Shown here: piece by piece, positions 40,013-50,019 of the stretch | Layout of the letters: every line of letters starts with the position of its first letter | How positions within the stretch are numbered: the first letter of the stretch is position 1 | Assembly (NCBI GenBank): GCA_020718905.1 | Contig: DYRD01000003.1 | Span: forward strand, 1 to 63,571 | Length of the DNA stretch: 63,571 nt | Source of the DNA: Syntrophus aciditrophicus | GTDB lineage: Bacteria > Desulfobacterota > Syntrophia > Syntrophales > UBA8958 | Direction of reading: 5' to 3' | Notes under the pieces: generated by a model | The model's database searches: none | Seen by the model: only the letters and a program-made list of their open reading frames with translations | Told to the model about the DNA's origin: nothing | Translations under genes and position numbers: made by a program

Positions 40013-41470
40013 ATGACAGCAAAGAAGAAACTTACCACTACCGCCGGCGCTCCCGTCGTCGACAACCAGAACATCATGACCGCCGGACCGCGTGGACCGG
40101 TGCTGCTTCAGGATATCTGGTTCCTGGAGAAACTCGCCCACTTCGACCGGGAAGTAATCCCCGAACGCCGCATGCACGCCAAGGGTTCCGGGGCCTATGG
40201 AAACTTTACCGTCACCCATGACATCACCGGCTATACGAAGGCCAAAATATTCTCCGCCGTCGGAAAGAAAACGGACCTGTTTATCAGCTTTTCCACCGTC
40301 GCCGGAGAGCGCGGGGCCGCCGACGCCGAGCGGGACATCCGGGGCTTTGCCATGAAATTCTACACCGAAGAGGGGAACTGGGACCTCGTCGGCAACAACA
40401 CGCCCGTATTTTTTCTCCGTGATCCCCTCAAATTTCCCGACCTGAATCACGCCGTGAAGAGAGACCCCCGCGCCAATCTCCGGAGCGCCAAAAACAACTG
40501 GGACTTTTGGACCTCCCTTCCCGAGGCGCTCCATCAGGTTACCATCGTCATGAGCGACCGGGGGATTCCCGCCTCCTACCGTCACATGCACGGCTTCGGG
40601 AGTCACACCTTCAGCCTCATCAACGCCAGGAATGAGCGGTTCTGGGTGAAGTTTCACCTGGAAACCCAGCAGGTGATCAAGAACCTCACCGATGCCGAAG
40701 CTGAGGCGATCGTGGCCAAGGACCGGGAAAGCCACCAACGCGACCTGTACGACAGCATCGAACAAGGGGACTTCCCCCGTTGGACCATGTTCATCCAGGT
40801 GATGCCGGAAAGGGATGCGGCGACCTGCCCCTATCATCCCTTCGACCTCACCAAGGTCTGGTTCCACAAGGATTATCCTCTTATTGAGGTTGGGATTCTC
40901 GAACTAAACCGAAACCCGGAAAATTATTTTGCCGAAGTTGAACAGGCGGCATTCAACCCGGCAAACATCGTACCGGGGATCGGTTTTTCCCCCGACAAGA
41001 TGCTCCAGGGGCGACTCTTTTCCTATGGCGACGCCCAACGCTACCGTCTTGGCGTGAACCACCACCTGATCCCCGTCAACGCCTCCCGCTGCCCCTTCCA
41101 CAGTTACCATCGCGACGGGACCATGCGAGTGGACGGCAATTACGGAAGCACCCTCGCCTACGAGCCCAACAGCTACGGCGAATGGCAACAGCAGCCCGAT
41201 TTCTCCGAACCGCCTCTCAGCCTGGCAGGGGCCGCCGACCACTGGAACCATCGCGTCGACGACGATTATTACTCCCAACCCGGCAAACTGTTCCGCCTCA
41301 TGAACGCCGAACAGCAACAGGCCCTCTTCGACAACACCGACCAGGCAATCGGCGACGCCCCGTGGGAGATCCGGATCCGTCATATCGGCAACTGCCTGCA
41401 GGCCGACCCGGCTTACGGCAAGGGAGTGGCCGACGCCTTGGGGATATCGCTGCATGAGATTTCTGGATAG
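40013..41470 (+). CDS. monofunctional haem catalase (small-subunit type)
   Basis: [18 protein letters not shown] (distal His), VGNNTPVFF, and [14 protein letters not shown] (proximal Tyr region). 485 aa from the ATG at 40013. Confidence 0.95.
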   Translation: MTAKKKLTTTAGAPVVDNQNIMTAGPRGPVLLQDIWFLEKLAHFDREVIPERRMHAKGSGAYGNFTVTHDITGYTKAKIFSAVGKKTDLFISFSTVAGERGAADAERDIRGFAMKFYTEEGNWDLVGNNTPVFFLRDPLKFPDLNHAVKRDPRANLRSAKNNWDFWTSLPEALHQVTIVMSDRGIPASYRHMHGFGSHTFSLINARNERFWVKFHLETQQVIKNLTDAEAEAIVAKDRESHQRDLYDSIEQGDFPRWTMFIQVMPERDAATCPYHPFDLTKVWFHKDYPLIEVGILELNRNPENYFAEVEQAAFNPANIVPGIGFSPDKMLQGRLFSYGDAQRYRLGVNHHLIPVNASRCPFHSYHRDGTMRVDGNYGSTLAYEPNSYGEWQQQPDFSEPPLSLAGAADHWNHRVDDDYYSQPGKLFRLMNAEQQQALFDNTDQAIGDAPWEIRIRHIGNCLQADPAYGKGVADALGISLHEISG

Positions 41471-41582
41471 TCCGGAACAGTCACATACGGCAAGCGAGCA
41501 CAGTGGATACCCTTGCGGCAACTGGGCATCCCCCGTTTCAAATAATTAAACTGACAAAATACAACCAAGGAGAGATTGCCCC

Positions 41583-42080
41583 ATGTCACGATCGGAAGAT
41601 TTTCTAAAAGAAGCTTTTGCAGGAGAGTCACAAGCCAACCGCAAGTATCTGGCCTTTGCCGCCCGGGCCGATCAGGAAGGGTTTCCTCAGGTCGCCCGCC
41701 TTTTTCGGGCGGCGGCGGAGGCCGAAACCGTCCATGCCCATAACCATCTCCGGGCCCTCAAAGGGATACGAAGCACGAAGGAAAACTTGCAGGAAGCCGT
41801 CGCCGGCGAAACCCATGAATTCAAGGAAATGTACCCGGAAATGATTGAGGCGGCGAGGAAGGAAGGAGAAAAAGTAGCGGAACGAACGTTTACGTTCGCC
41901 AATGAGGTGGAAAAAATACACGCAGCCCTTTATCAGAAGTTGCTCGATAATCTTGGCGGCAAACAGGAGAGTTATGATTATTATATATGCCCGGTCTGCG
42001 GCTTCACTGCCGAGAAAGAGTCCCCTGAGCTCTGCCCCGTTTGTGGCGCCAAGGGTGAGCTTTTCAAGAAAAGCGATTGA
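41583..42080 (+). CDS. rbr: rubrerythrin
   Basis: Ferritin-like diiron domain (ESQANRKYLAFA, ETVHAHNH, E..H repeats) plus a C-terminal rubredoxin CPVCG..CPVCG. Confidence 0.95.
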   Translation: MSRSEDFLKEAFAGESQANRKYLAFAARADQEGFPQVARLFRAAAEAETVHAHNHLRALKGIRSTKENLQEAVAGETHEFKEMYPEMIEAARKEGEKVAERTFTFANEVEKIHAALYQKLLDNLGGKQESYDYYICPVCGFTAEKESPELCPVCGAKGELFKKSD

Positions 42081-42166
42081 TTCTGGAGATGCCGGAGGAG
42101 CCCTTGCCGATACGGGTCCTCCCCCAGGGGTTGCGTGACTGGCCGGCAGGGCCGTAAAAAAGTTTG

Positions 42167-42201
42167 GTCGCACCGCCCTGAGAAAAAAGGGGCGGTGCGA
42201 C
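42167..42201 (-). terminator. intrinsic terminator between convergent rbr and hcp
   Basis: 12-bp perfect stem GTCGCACCGCCC/GGGCGGTGCGAC. On the minus strand it is followed by CAAACTTTTTTA, 48 nt after the hcp stop. Confidence 0.75.
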
Positions 42202-42248
42202 ACCAGGGACGGGGCTTCGAGCCTAAGGGTAAACCGGTTTTCCGCAAA

Positions 42249-43862
42249 CTATCCCAATATTGCCTTTAGATCTTCCTCAGGTGTGGTAATCGCCATGATG
42301 TTGAATTTTTGCACGAGAACGTTCAGGATATTGGGGGTGATAAATGCCGGCAGGCTTGGCCCGAGGCGGATGTCCCTGATCCCGAGATGAAGAAGGGTCA
42401 GGAGGATGGCGCAGGCTTTTTGCTCGTACCAGGACAGGATCATGGAAAGCGGCAGGTCGTTGACGCCACACCCGAAGGCGTTGGCAAGGGCCACGGCGAT
42501 CTGAATGGCCGAGTAGGCGTCATTACATTGACCGATATCGAGGAGCCTCGGAATCCCGCCGATCTCTCCCAGGGATTTGTCGAAGAAACGGAATTTCCCG
42601 CAGCCCAAGGTCAATACCACGCAGTCCGCGGGCACCTTTTCCACAAATTCTGTGTAGTAATTCCGCTCTGCCTTAGCCCCGTCGCAGCCGCCAACCAGAA
42701 AGAAATGCCGGATGGTCTTGTCTTTCACCGCATCAATGACCTGTCCGGCCACGCCCATAACGGCATTGCGGCCAAAACCTACCATGACCGTCTTCCCGGC
42801 TACATCTTCGGCAAAACCCGGTAGGGTAAGGGCCTTTGCAATGATCGGCGTAAAATCATGGTTGCTGATATGTTGCACCCCGGGCCAGCCCACCAGTCCG
42901 CTCGTAAAGATGTTATCGCCGTAGGATTCTCCGGGCTTCTGGATGCAGTTGGTCGTCATCAGGATCGCCCCCGGAAAGGCGGCAAACTCCTTGGCCTGAT
43001 TTTGCCAGGCCGTACCGTAATGGCCATAAAAATGATCGTATTTTTTCAGCTCCGGGTAACCGTGGCAGGGCAGCATTTCACCGTGGGTATAAACATGAAT
43101 TCCTTTGCCCCGGCTTTGCTTCAGGAGGTCCTCCAGATCTTTCAGATCATGGCCGGAAACGAGGATGGCCTTCCCTTTTTTGACGCCCAGAGGCACCGCG
43201 GTGGGAACGGGATGGCCATACACGCCGGTATTGGCGGCATCGAGGAGCTCCATGGCGCGGAGATTGATTTCCCCGCATTTCAGTACCATCCCCACCAGAT
43301 CATTGACATGGGGATTTTTTTTCAGCGTCGCCGCCATTGCCTCGTATATAAAGGCAAATACCTTGTCGTCCATCTGTCCGAGAATGGCGGCATGGTCGGC
43401 GTAGGCGGCAAGGCCCTTGATCCCGTAAATCAAAAGCTGCTGTAATGAAAGGATGTCCGGGTCAAGCGTCGGATCGGATTTGACACCCGCCCGCTCACCC
43501 TGAGCAAGGAGGCCTTCCATGGTTTTCTCCGGAACAAACGTAGCCGGACCTTCCAAAGCAACGGCGCTGACGCTGGATTTCAGCGCCTCCCGGTATTCCA
43601 CGGCCCGATTGATCATGGGCACAAACCGTTGGGGATCAAAATCCACGTTGGTCAACGTTGAAAAGATGGCTTCACATACAAACCGGTCCATTTGGCTATC
43701 AAAAATCCCGGTTTTCCCGACCTCAAAAGCGTATAGCGAGAGGCCTTTGACCGCGTAAAGCAACAGGTCCTGTAAGGCGGCGACATCGGGTTGCTTCCCG
43801 CAGACACCGCTTTTTGTGCATCCTTCTCCTTTAGCCGTCTGTTCACACTGGTAGCAAAACAT
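42249..43862 (-). CDS. hcp: hybrid cluster protein (hydroxylamine reductase)
   Basis: N-terminal MFCYQCEQTAKGEGCT cluster motif. 537 aa with typical internal Cys/His ligand regions. Confidence 0.95.
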   Translation of the reverse strand: MFCYQCEQTAKGEGCTKSGVCGKQPDVAALQDLLLYAVKGLSLYAFEVGKTGIFDSQMDRFVCEAIFSTLTNVDFDPQRFVPMINRAVEYREALKSSVSAVALEGPATFVPEKTMEGLLAQGERAGVKSDPTLDPDILSLQQLLIYGIKGLAAYADHAAILGQMDDKVFAFIYEAMAATLKKNPHVNDLVGMVLKCGEINLRAMELLDAANTGVYGHPVPTAVPLGVKKGKAILVSGHDLKDLEDLLKQSRGKGIHVYTHGEMLPCHGYPELKKYDHFYGHYGTAWQNQAKEFAAFPGAILMTTNCIQKPGESYGDNIFTSGLVGWPGVQHISNHDFTPIIAKALTLPGFAEDVAGKTVMVGFGRNAVMGVAGQVIDAVKDKTIRHFFLVGGCDGAKAERNYYTEFVEKVPADCVVLTLGCGKFRFFDKSLGEIGGIPRLLDIGQCNDAYSAIQIAVALANAFGCGVNDLPLSMILSWYEQKACAILLTLLHLGIRDIRLGPSLPAFITPNILNVLVQKFNIMAITTPEEDLKAILG

Positions 43863-43977
43863 AATTAACCTCTCCTCTCAGTATTAAGTCGATTTTATAG
43901 GGCCTGGGGTTTACTGGCTGCTCACGGCCCCTGTTTCATTGTTTAATCCCTTTTACACCCGCAAAATGAAGCACGCC

Positions 43978-43991
43978 TTGACTTAAATCAA
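43978..43991. promoter_or_regulatory. Crp/Fnr-type operator upstream of hcp
   Basis: TTGAC-TTAA-ATCAA, matching the palindrome at 24992-25005 at 13 of 14 positions. Centred about 122 nt upstream of the hcp ATG. Confidence 0.6.
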
Positions 43992-44129
43992 GAATCCCTC
44001 GTTTATCACCATATATTTTGACGCGAGTCGCTATTTCCAGTATACTTAAATTAGAGAACCTAGCAACATAATAGCGACAACTCGCGATAATCCGGGTTAT
44101 GAAGTGATGCTGTTGATAAATACTCTTAT

Positions 44130-46103
44130 ATGGATGCCATGAGCATGTCAAATTTCACCGCCGCCGCCAAAAACAACCTACGAACCATGAAGCTAAACCG
44201 GGTTACCCTTGCCTTTACAGGTCCTTCCGCCGCTCTGGAAGGCCCCTTTCAGAGTTATTACACTTACCACACCCTGCCCCACATCCGGATTGCCATCCTC
44301 GTGGGAATGCTTATGTATGGGGGCTTTGGAATTCTCGACGCCCTGCTGCTGCCGAACCATAAACATTTTGCCTGGCTGGTTCGCTATGCTTTTGTCTGTC
44401 CCATGATTCTTGCTGTTTTGGGGGCAACCTTTGTTCCCTACCCGCAGCGTATCTTGCAACCCGTCATGTGTCTATTGGTTGCCTTGGGCGGCCTGGGGAT
44501 AGCCCTCATCATTGTTGCCGCTCCTCCGCCCGCAAATTACTATTACTACGCCGGATTGGTGCTGGTTTTCATATTTGGTTACAGTTTTATTTACCTCAGA
44601 TTCCTCTGGGCCTCTGTAAGCGGCTGGATTATCGTGATTCTCTATGAACTGGCCGCTTTCCTCACCGGCACCCCGGATGCGGTCCTCATTAGCAATAACT
44701 TTTTTTTCATCAGCGCCAATATTGCGTGCATGCTCGTCGGTTATACCATCGAGTATGCCAACCGGAGGAATTTCTTTCTCATGCACCTCCTTGCCGAGGA
44801 GCAGCAAAAGATTAAAGAAATAAATGAACAACTTGAGCTCCGGGTCGCCGCACGTACCAATGAGCTGGCCATTAGCAATCAACGACTGACTAAGGAAGTG
44901 AAAGAACGCATCCTTGCCGAGCAGGAGCGGCAGCGCCTGCAGATCCAATTGAAGCAGGCGGAAAAGATGGAAGCCCTCGGCAATCTGGCGGCTGGGGTGG
45001 CCCACGATCTCAACAATATCCTTGTCGGTCTGGTCGGTTATCCGGATCTGGTGTTAATGAAGATTCCCGAGGACGATCCTCTGCACGAGGAAGTCGTGCA
45101 AATCAAGAATTCCGGGGTGCGGGCGGCCGCCATGGTCCAGGATTTGCTGGGCATGGCCCGCCTTGGAATAACCGAAAAAAAGGTTGTCAATCTCAACCAG
45201 ATCCTGAAAGATTATCTGCAAAGCCCGGAATTTCAGGGCTTGCAACAGAATCATCGGAATGTGACCATCACGGCGAATCTTGCCTCCGATCTACTCAATA
45301 TCCGGGCCGCGATCATACAAATGACCAAGGCCGTCATGAATCTCGTGACGAACGCCTGTGAAGCCATCTTCACGGAGGGAGCCGTACAGATAGGAACCTC
45401 AAATCGGTACCTGGAAGAACCTTACCCGGGTCTGGAGACGATTCCCGCCGGTGAATATGCCGTCTTGACCGTTCAGGACAACGGCATCGGCTTGGATGAG
45501 GAGGCCCGGCAGCATATCTTTGAGCCTTTCTATACAAAAAAGTGGCTGGGGCGTAGCGGCACCGGTCTGGGCATGACCGTCGTCTGGCATACGGTAAAGG
45601 AAGTAGGAGGGTTCATTGATATTCGTCGCCCCGAAGGACGGGGCACCATGATCGAGCTTTACTTGCCCGTAACCCGAGAAGAAATACCGTCAACGCCGCC
45701 GAAGTTGCCCATCGACGATTACCGCGGCACCGAACGCGTCCTGGTCGTGGACGATATTGCCGAACAGCGCCGCATTGCCGCCGGGATCCTGACGAAACTC
45801 GGGTACAAGGTGGTGACGGTTGCCGGCGGCGAAGAAGCGGTCGCCTGGATCGAACAGCACGAGGTGGACATCGTGCTGCTCGATATGATCATGGACCCGG
45901 GGATCGATGGCTGCGAAACATACCGCCGCCTTGCCGAGTGGAATCCAGACCTGAAGGCCATCATCGTGAGCGGGTTTTCCGAATCGGAAAGGGTCCGCGA
46001 GGCCCAACGGTTGGGCGCCGGCAGATACCTAAGCAAGCCCTATACCCTGGAAGGGCTCGCCCTTGCCATCCGCGCGGAGTTGAACGACCGTTCCGTTGAT
46101 TGA
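44130..46103 (+). CDS. hybrid sensor histidine kinase / response regulator
   Basis: Multi-TM N-terminal sensor, a coiled coil, H-box AAGVAHDLNNIL, ATPase boxes (NLVTNACEA, DNGIGL, GTGLGMTVV) and a C-terminal receiver (VLVVDDIAEQRR..VLLDMIMDPGIDG). Confidence 0.92.
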   Translation: MDAMSMSNFTAAAKNNLRTMKLNRVTLAFTGPSAALEGPFQSYYTYHTLPHIRIAILVGMLMYGGFGILDALLLPNHKHFAWLVRYAFVCPMILAVLGATFVPYPQRILQPVMCLLVALGGLGIALIIVAAPPPANYYYYAGLVLVFIFGYSFIYLRFLWASVSGWIIVILYELAAFLTGTPDAVLISNNFFFISANIACMLVGYTIEYANRRNFFLMHLLAEEQQKIKEINEQLELRVAARTNELAISNQRLTKEVKERILAEQERQRLQIQLKQAEKMEALGNLAAGVAHDLNNILVGLVGYPDLVLMKIPEDDPLHEEVVQIKNSGVRAAAMVQDLLGMARLGITEKKVVNLNQILKDYLQSPEFQGLQQNHRNVTITANLASDLLNIRAAIIQMTKAVMNLVTNACEAIFTEGAVQIGTSNRYLEEPYPGLETIPAGEYAVLTVQDNGIGLDEEARQHIFEPFYTKKWLGRSGTGLGMTVVWHTVKEVGGFIDIRRPEGRGTMIELYLPVTREEIPSTPPKLPIDDYRGTERVLVVDDIAEQRRIAAGILTKLGYKVVTVAGGEEAVAWIEQHEVDIVLLDMIMDPGIDGCETYRRLAEWNPDLKAIIVSGFSESERVREAQRLGAGRYLSKPYTLEGLALAIRAELNDRSVD

Positions 46104-46176
46104 TATTGTCGATGCCCAATCACCGTTCCTGAAGGCGGGGCAACTTACCGCTGTAACAACCGAGATCCGCTTCTTT

Positions 46177-47096
46177 TTAATGATGATTATCCGAGGGTTT
46201 GCAGGAGGAATTGCACAGAAAAGAAGGCGTCTCGCAAGGCCGGCTCTCGAACTGGAGGACGGGGTGGTGAATGTCAAAACGCTCGGATAGGAGCATTCGG
46301 ATCCTTCCCGCCAAGGTATCTACCTGACTCAGCATCTGGTCGGGAACGATAATATGGGCCGTCAGCGCCGTTCCTTCCCCATCGAGAGACCAGACATGGA
46401 GATGATGGAGGCCCTCCACCCCGGCAAGAGCCTCCACCTCGTTCCGGATGGCCGGCAAATCTATGGTAGGCGGCGCGGCGTTCATAAGCACGAGGACGGA
46501 ATCTTTCAGGATATCCCAGCCACTGAAAAAGACGAGGCCCACGATAATCCAACTGACCAGGGGGTCCAGCCAGTACCATGGGTAGAAGAGCCAAACGACG
46601 CCCAGCGCCAGCACCCCCAGGGAGACGAGGGAATCAATGAGCATGTGGAGGAAGGCGCCGCGGAGGTTGAGATTTTCCCGAGCTCCCCGGCTCAGCAGCC
46701 AGGTGGAAAAGGCATTGCCCGCCAGGGCCGCCAGGGCAACCCCGATCACCGTCGCCCCGGCAATCGGGGCGGGGGCGGAGAGACGCTTGCCCGCCTCGAT
46801 TGCCATGTAGATCCCAATGCCGTAAAGAAAGCCCATATTGAGGAGTGCCGCCAGGACCTCCGCCCGGCGGTATCAATAGGTCTGCCGGAGGTTCGCCTTT
46901 CGCCAAGGCGCAGGGCGATATAACTGATCGCCACCGCCGTAAAATCGGCAAGGTTGTGGAGGGCGTCGCTGATTAAGGCCATGCTGCCGGAGACAAGTCC
47001 TCCGTAAACCTGCAGGGCCGGAATCAGGAGATTCAGCGCCATGACGACGACGAGACGCCTGCTCCAGGATGTAACATGCCCATGATCATGGGACAT
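46177..47096 (-). pseudogene. cation diffusion facilitator (CzcD-like) transporter, disrupted
   Basis: The N-terminal MSHDHGH..SDALHNLADF and the body ..RRAEVLAALLN..HHLHVWSL.. lie in different frames. There is a 1-nt shift at the T3 run 46898-46900. An in-frame TGA at 46873-75 sits where the family motif TFGYxRxE has Gly. Confidence 0.85.
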
Positions 47097-47485
47097 AAAG
47101 GTTCCCCCTGATCGCTTGCATAAAAAAGGAGAGAGACTTGTCAAGGCAATAAGCGATATTTGCAACGTGGAAATGGAAGGTTTAAAGGATGGTACGCGCT
47201 GTTTAATTGTGATCTTTCCATTCCATAACCGCCGTGGTGTAGTGAACAAGACAGACAACAGCAGATAATTAAGCTTTTTTAATCATATTCCATAGCTGCT
47301 TGATTATTGCCGGTCAGTAATAGCGCTGCCTTGTTATCCCCAAAGCGTCGATTACCACCTTTTATACATTGCCGTAAATGGATATGCTCGAGAGATGGGA
47401 AACAAAGCCGGCCTGTTGCTGAGCTTGCCACAGGCTTTTTTATCACCAACGACGATCTGCTTAACCGCAACTGCTTGAAGTGGCC

Positions 47486-47863
47486 TTAAAGGTTGGGAGC
47501 AACGGCAGGGGCGAACCGCAGAGATCCCGAACCGCTTTTCTGGCCAACTCCAAATCCACTTGCGGGACCTCCCCCCCCCACGGCTTTTTCAATGCCCAGT
47601 TCCGTCAGAATGAGATATTTTTTCAGGGGCACTTCTGCACTCTCGAATATCAACTTGCCGCAACCGATGGAACACCCATCAATAAGGACTGTATCGTTTT
47701 CCGTTGCCGCTTTGACAAAACCGCGGTGGTGGGCTCCGATCCCGGCCAAACAGAAGGCACTTACATCACCATTTGCCACAAGTTCCCTGGCAAGCTTATT
47801 GGACAACTGCCCGACATTGGCGGCCCCGCAACAGGCCATAATCAGAGTTTGTTTGTTTTTCAT
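47486..47863 (-). CDS. DGC-domain (putative zinc-binding) protein
   Basis: MACCGAANVGQ.. and VLIDGCSIGCG motifs. The C-terminal tail crosses a C9 run (47571-47579) and looks like low-complexity Gly/Ser. Dropping one base gives a more protein-like tail ending at 47461, so the 3' end is uncertain. Confidence 0.65.
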   Translation of the reverse strand: MKNKQTLIMACCGAANVGQLSNKLARELVANGDVSAFCLAGIGAHHRGFVKAATENDTVLIDGCSIGCGKLIFESAEVPLKKYLILTELGIEKAVGGGGPASGFGVGQKSGSGSLRFAPAVAPNL

Positions 47864-47914
47864 GGCTTACAATATAAATCCTTTAAGTTCTACCGTATCG
47901 AGATAGTTGCTGGT

Positions 47915-48865
47915 TCAGAGGATCGCGTTAAAAAGATAGCCCACCATGATTATAGCCACCGTCATAATGGCGGCAAATATTACCAATAATTTGACTTTCA
48001 GCACCTTTCTTAAAATAACCATTTCCGGGAAAGAAATGGCGGTGACGGCCATCATGAATGCGAGAACCGTTCCCAGGGGCATGCCCTTCCCCATCAGGGC
48101 CTGGACGATCGGGATGGTACCGGCGGCATTGGAGTAAAGAGGAATAGCAATCAGGACGGCCAGGGGCACCGCCAGCGGGTTATCCCGGCCTGCGTATTTG
48201 GCCACGAAATCGATCGGCGCATAGCCATGGATGAGCACGCCAACGCCAATACCGAGCAGCACGTAAATGGTTACCCGTTTCAAGATATCCTGGGTGTGGA
48301 AAGATGCCTCTTCAAAACGGTCCTTCCAAGCGAGCTTCGGCAGTTGTACTTCCCCCATCCGTATCTCCCAGACGTAGTCTTCGACCATCTTTTCCACGGC
48401 GGGGATCCGGCCCAGAATAATCCCGGCGGTAATGGCTACGGCCATTCCCGTCCCGATGTAGATCAGGGCAATCTTCGCGCCGAAGAGCCCCCAGAGAAGC
48501 ACCAGGGCCACTTCATTAATCATGGGTGATGCGATCAGAAAAGACAATGTGACTCCCAACGGCACCCCTGCCTCCAGGAACCAGATAAAGACCGGCACCG
48601 CTGAACAAGAACAGAAAGGTGTCACGATCCCGAGGAGTGAGGCCATAATGTTTCCGAGGAATTCCGATTTTCGCGCCAGAAATTTTTTGACTTTTTCCGG
48701 TGGGGAAAAGCTGCGCATAATGGAAACGATATAAATGATCACCGTCAGCATCAGGAGGATCTTGATGGTGTCGTAGACGAAGAAATTGACGGCATCCGCC
48801 AAGTGCGTGCCCGCCGCCATCTTGAATACTGTATAGGTCAGCCAGTCGGCAAAAGCCTTAATCAT
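47915..48865 (-). CDS. COG0701-type permease (ArsP-like family)
   Basis: 316 aa, polytopic, with the family-typical TPFCSCSAVP motif. Confidence 0.82.
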   Translation of the reverse strand: MIKAFADWLTYTVFKMAAGTHLADAVNFFVYDTIKILLMLTVIIYIVSIMRSFSPPEKVKKFLARKSEFLGNIMASLLGIVTPFCSCSAVPVFIWFLEAGVPLGVTLSFLIASPMINEVALVLLWGLFGAKIALIYIGTGMAVAITAGIILGRIPAVEKMVEDYVWEIRMGEVQLPKLAWKDRFEEASFHTQDILKRVTIYVLLGIGVGVLIHGYAPIDFVAKYAGRDNPLAVPLAVLIAIPLYSNAAGTIPIVQALMGKGMPLGTVLAFMMAVTAISFPEMVILRKVLKVKLLVIFAAIMTVAIIMVGYLFNAIL

Positions 48866-48932
48866 GATAAACCCTTAATAAATTCAATGAAGAATGTTTC
48901 GCTCATTTGCTACGGGTCAGGAAAGGGCAGGT

Positions 48933-49169
48933 TTATGCTTTCCCTATCCAGGTCTTGACGTCTTCCTTTTGCGGGATTTTGCCGACCGATTTAACTTGAC
49001 CATCGACTACAACCGCGGGTGTTCCCAAAACGCCGAACGCAGCGATTTTCTTGAAATCCGTCACATGCTCGATCCTGGCGTCAACACCGGTTTCGGCAAT
49101 TGCCTCCTGGACGATCTTTTCCACCTGCTGACATTTCGCACACCCCGGACCTAAGATTTTGATTTCCAT
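48933..49169 (-). CDS. thioredoxin-family redox-active disulfide protein 2
   Basis: 78 aa, MEIKILGPGCAKCQ...GVLGTPAVVVDG. RBS AAGGAG lies 9 nt before the ATG at 49167-69. Confidence 0.85.
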   Translation of the reverse strand: MEIKILGPGCAKCQQVEKIVQEAIAETGVDARIEHVTDFKKIAAFGVLGTPAVVVDGQVKSVGKIPQKEDVKTWIGKA

Positions 49170-49226
49170 GATAAAATTCTCCTTTCGACCTTTCCACATA
49201 TTGTCTTGTCCGGCTGAAGGCAACTA

Positions 49227-49736
49227 TTATGCAGGCGCCTTTTCTATCGCCACCCGGAGCCATTCTTTGATTTTATTCCCGTGGGGAGTCACCCCGACGC
49301 AGCAGACCTTGTCATTAATAATCAGCGCGGGTACACCCATGACACCATATTTGCCTATTTCCCCATAATCCGTCACCGGGACTAATTCTCCCGGTAGTTT
49401 CATTTCCGCCATAACTTCCCGGCTGTCCATTTCCAGGCGGCGGCACTGGGCGCAGCCAGGGCCGAGGACAAGGACTCGCAACCCTACGGGGGGCGTCTCA
49501 TCAAATGGTTCCCCGCGCTGCTTCCGAAATTCCCGTATAAATGCCTTTACATACAGTTCTTTCGACCGTTCGGGAATGTAATTCTTTGCGGACGCCAGTT
49601 TCAGGATTTCGTTCCCAACCTCATTATCGGTACGGGGGGCGTCATCCCGGGTCAATATTTCCATAATATGCTTTAGCCCGACAATTCCGATCAGGTTGTT
49701 GTTGATCCTTATTTGCGTCACATCGTCTTCCTGCAT
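49227..49736 (-). CDS. two-domain protein: unknown N-terminal domain fused to a redox-active disulfide protein 2 domain
   Basis: The C-terminal 80 aa (RVLVLGPGCAQCRRLE..GVMGVPALIINDK) are paralogous to the next gene. I do not recognise the N-terminal 90 aa. Confidence 0.6.
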   Translation of the reverse strand: MQEDDVTQIRINNNLIGIVGLKHIMEILTRDDAPRTDNEVGNEILKLASAKNYIPERSKELYVKAFIREFRKQRGEPFDETPPVGLRVLVLGPGCAQCRRLEMDSREVMAEMKLPGELVPVTDYGEIGKYGVMGVPALIINDKVCCVGVTPHGNKIKEWLRVAIEKAPA

Positions 49737-49842
49737 TTCATACCTCCTCAGCCACCTGTGCGCTCCATAGCCCTTTTTCAGCTACGACCGTGATGGCCCC
49801 TTGCCCATATCCGGGAAATGCCCATATATATTCTTAATTGGT

Positions 49843-49870
49843 AATATAGTTATCTTCCCGGTCGTGTCAA
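49843..49870 (-). promoter_or_regulatory. sigma70 promoter candidate for the trx-permease-DGC cluster
   Basis: On the minus strand: TTGACA (49870-49865), a 16-nt spacer, then TATATT (49848-49843), about 100 nt upstream of the ATG at 49736. Confidence 0.5.
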
Positions 49871-50019
49871 GAAATATTTTGGAGATGCGATTCACGTTTA
49901 CCCATTGTGAGGCCGGGAAATAAATGGGGACGTTTCAAGAAGTCATTTGATTGTATATTACGGATCATTCAAGATCGGAATTGGTCGCGTCCGGCTGTGG
50001 CCTGTTCCTGAAAACGGCG

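Noticed and set aside
47411-47435. Hairpin GCCTGT-N13-ACAGGC followed by T-rich sequence, considered as the terminator of the DGC/permease operon.
   Set aside because: The stem is only 6 bp with a 13-nt loop, and its position depends on the uncertain 3' end of the DGC gene. That is too weak to call.
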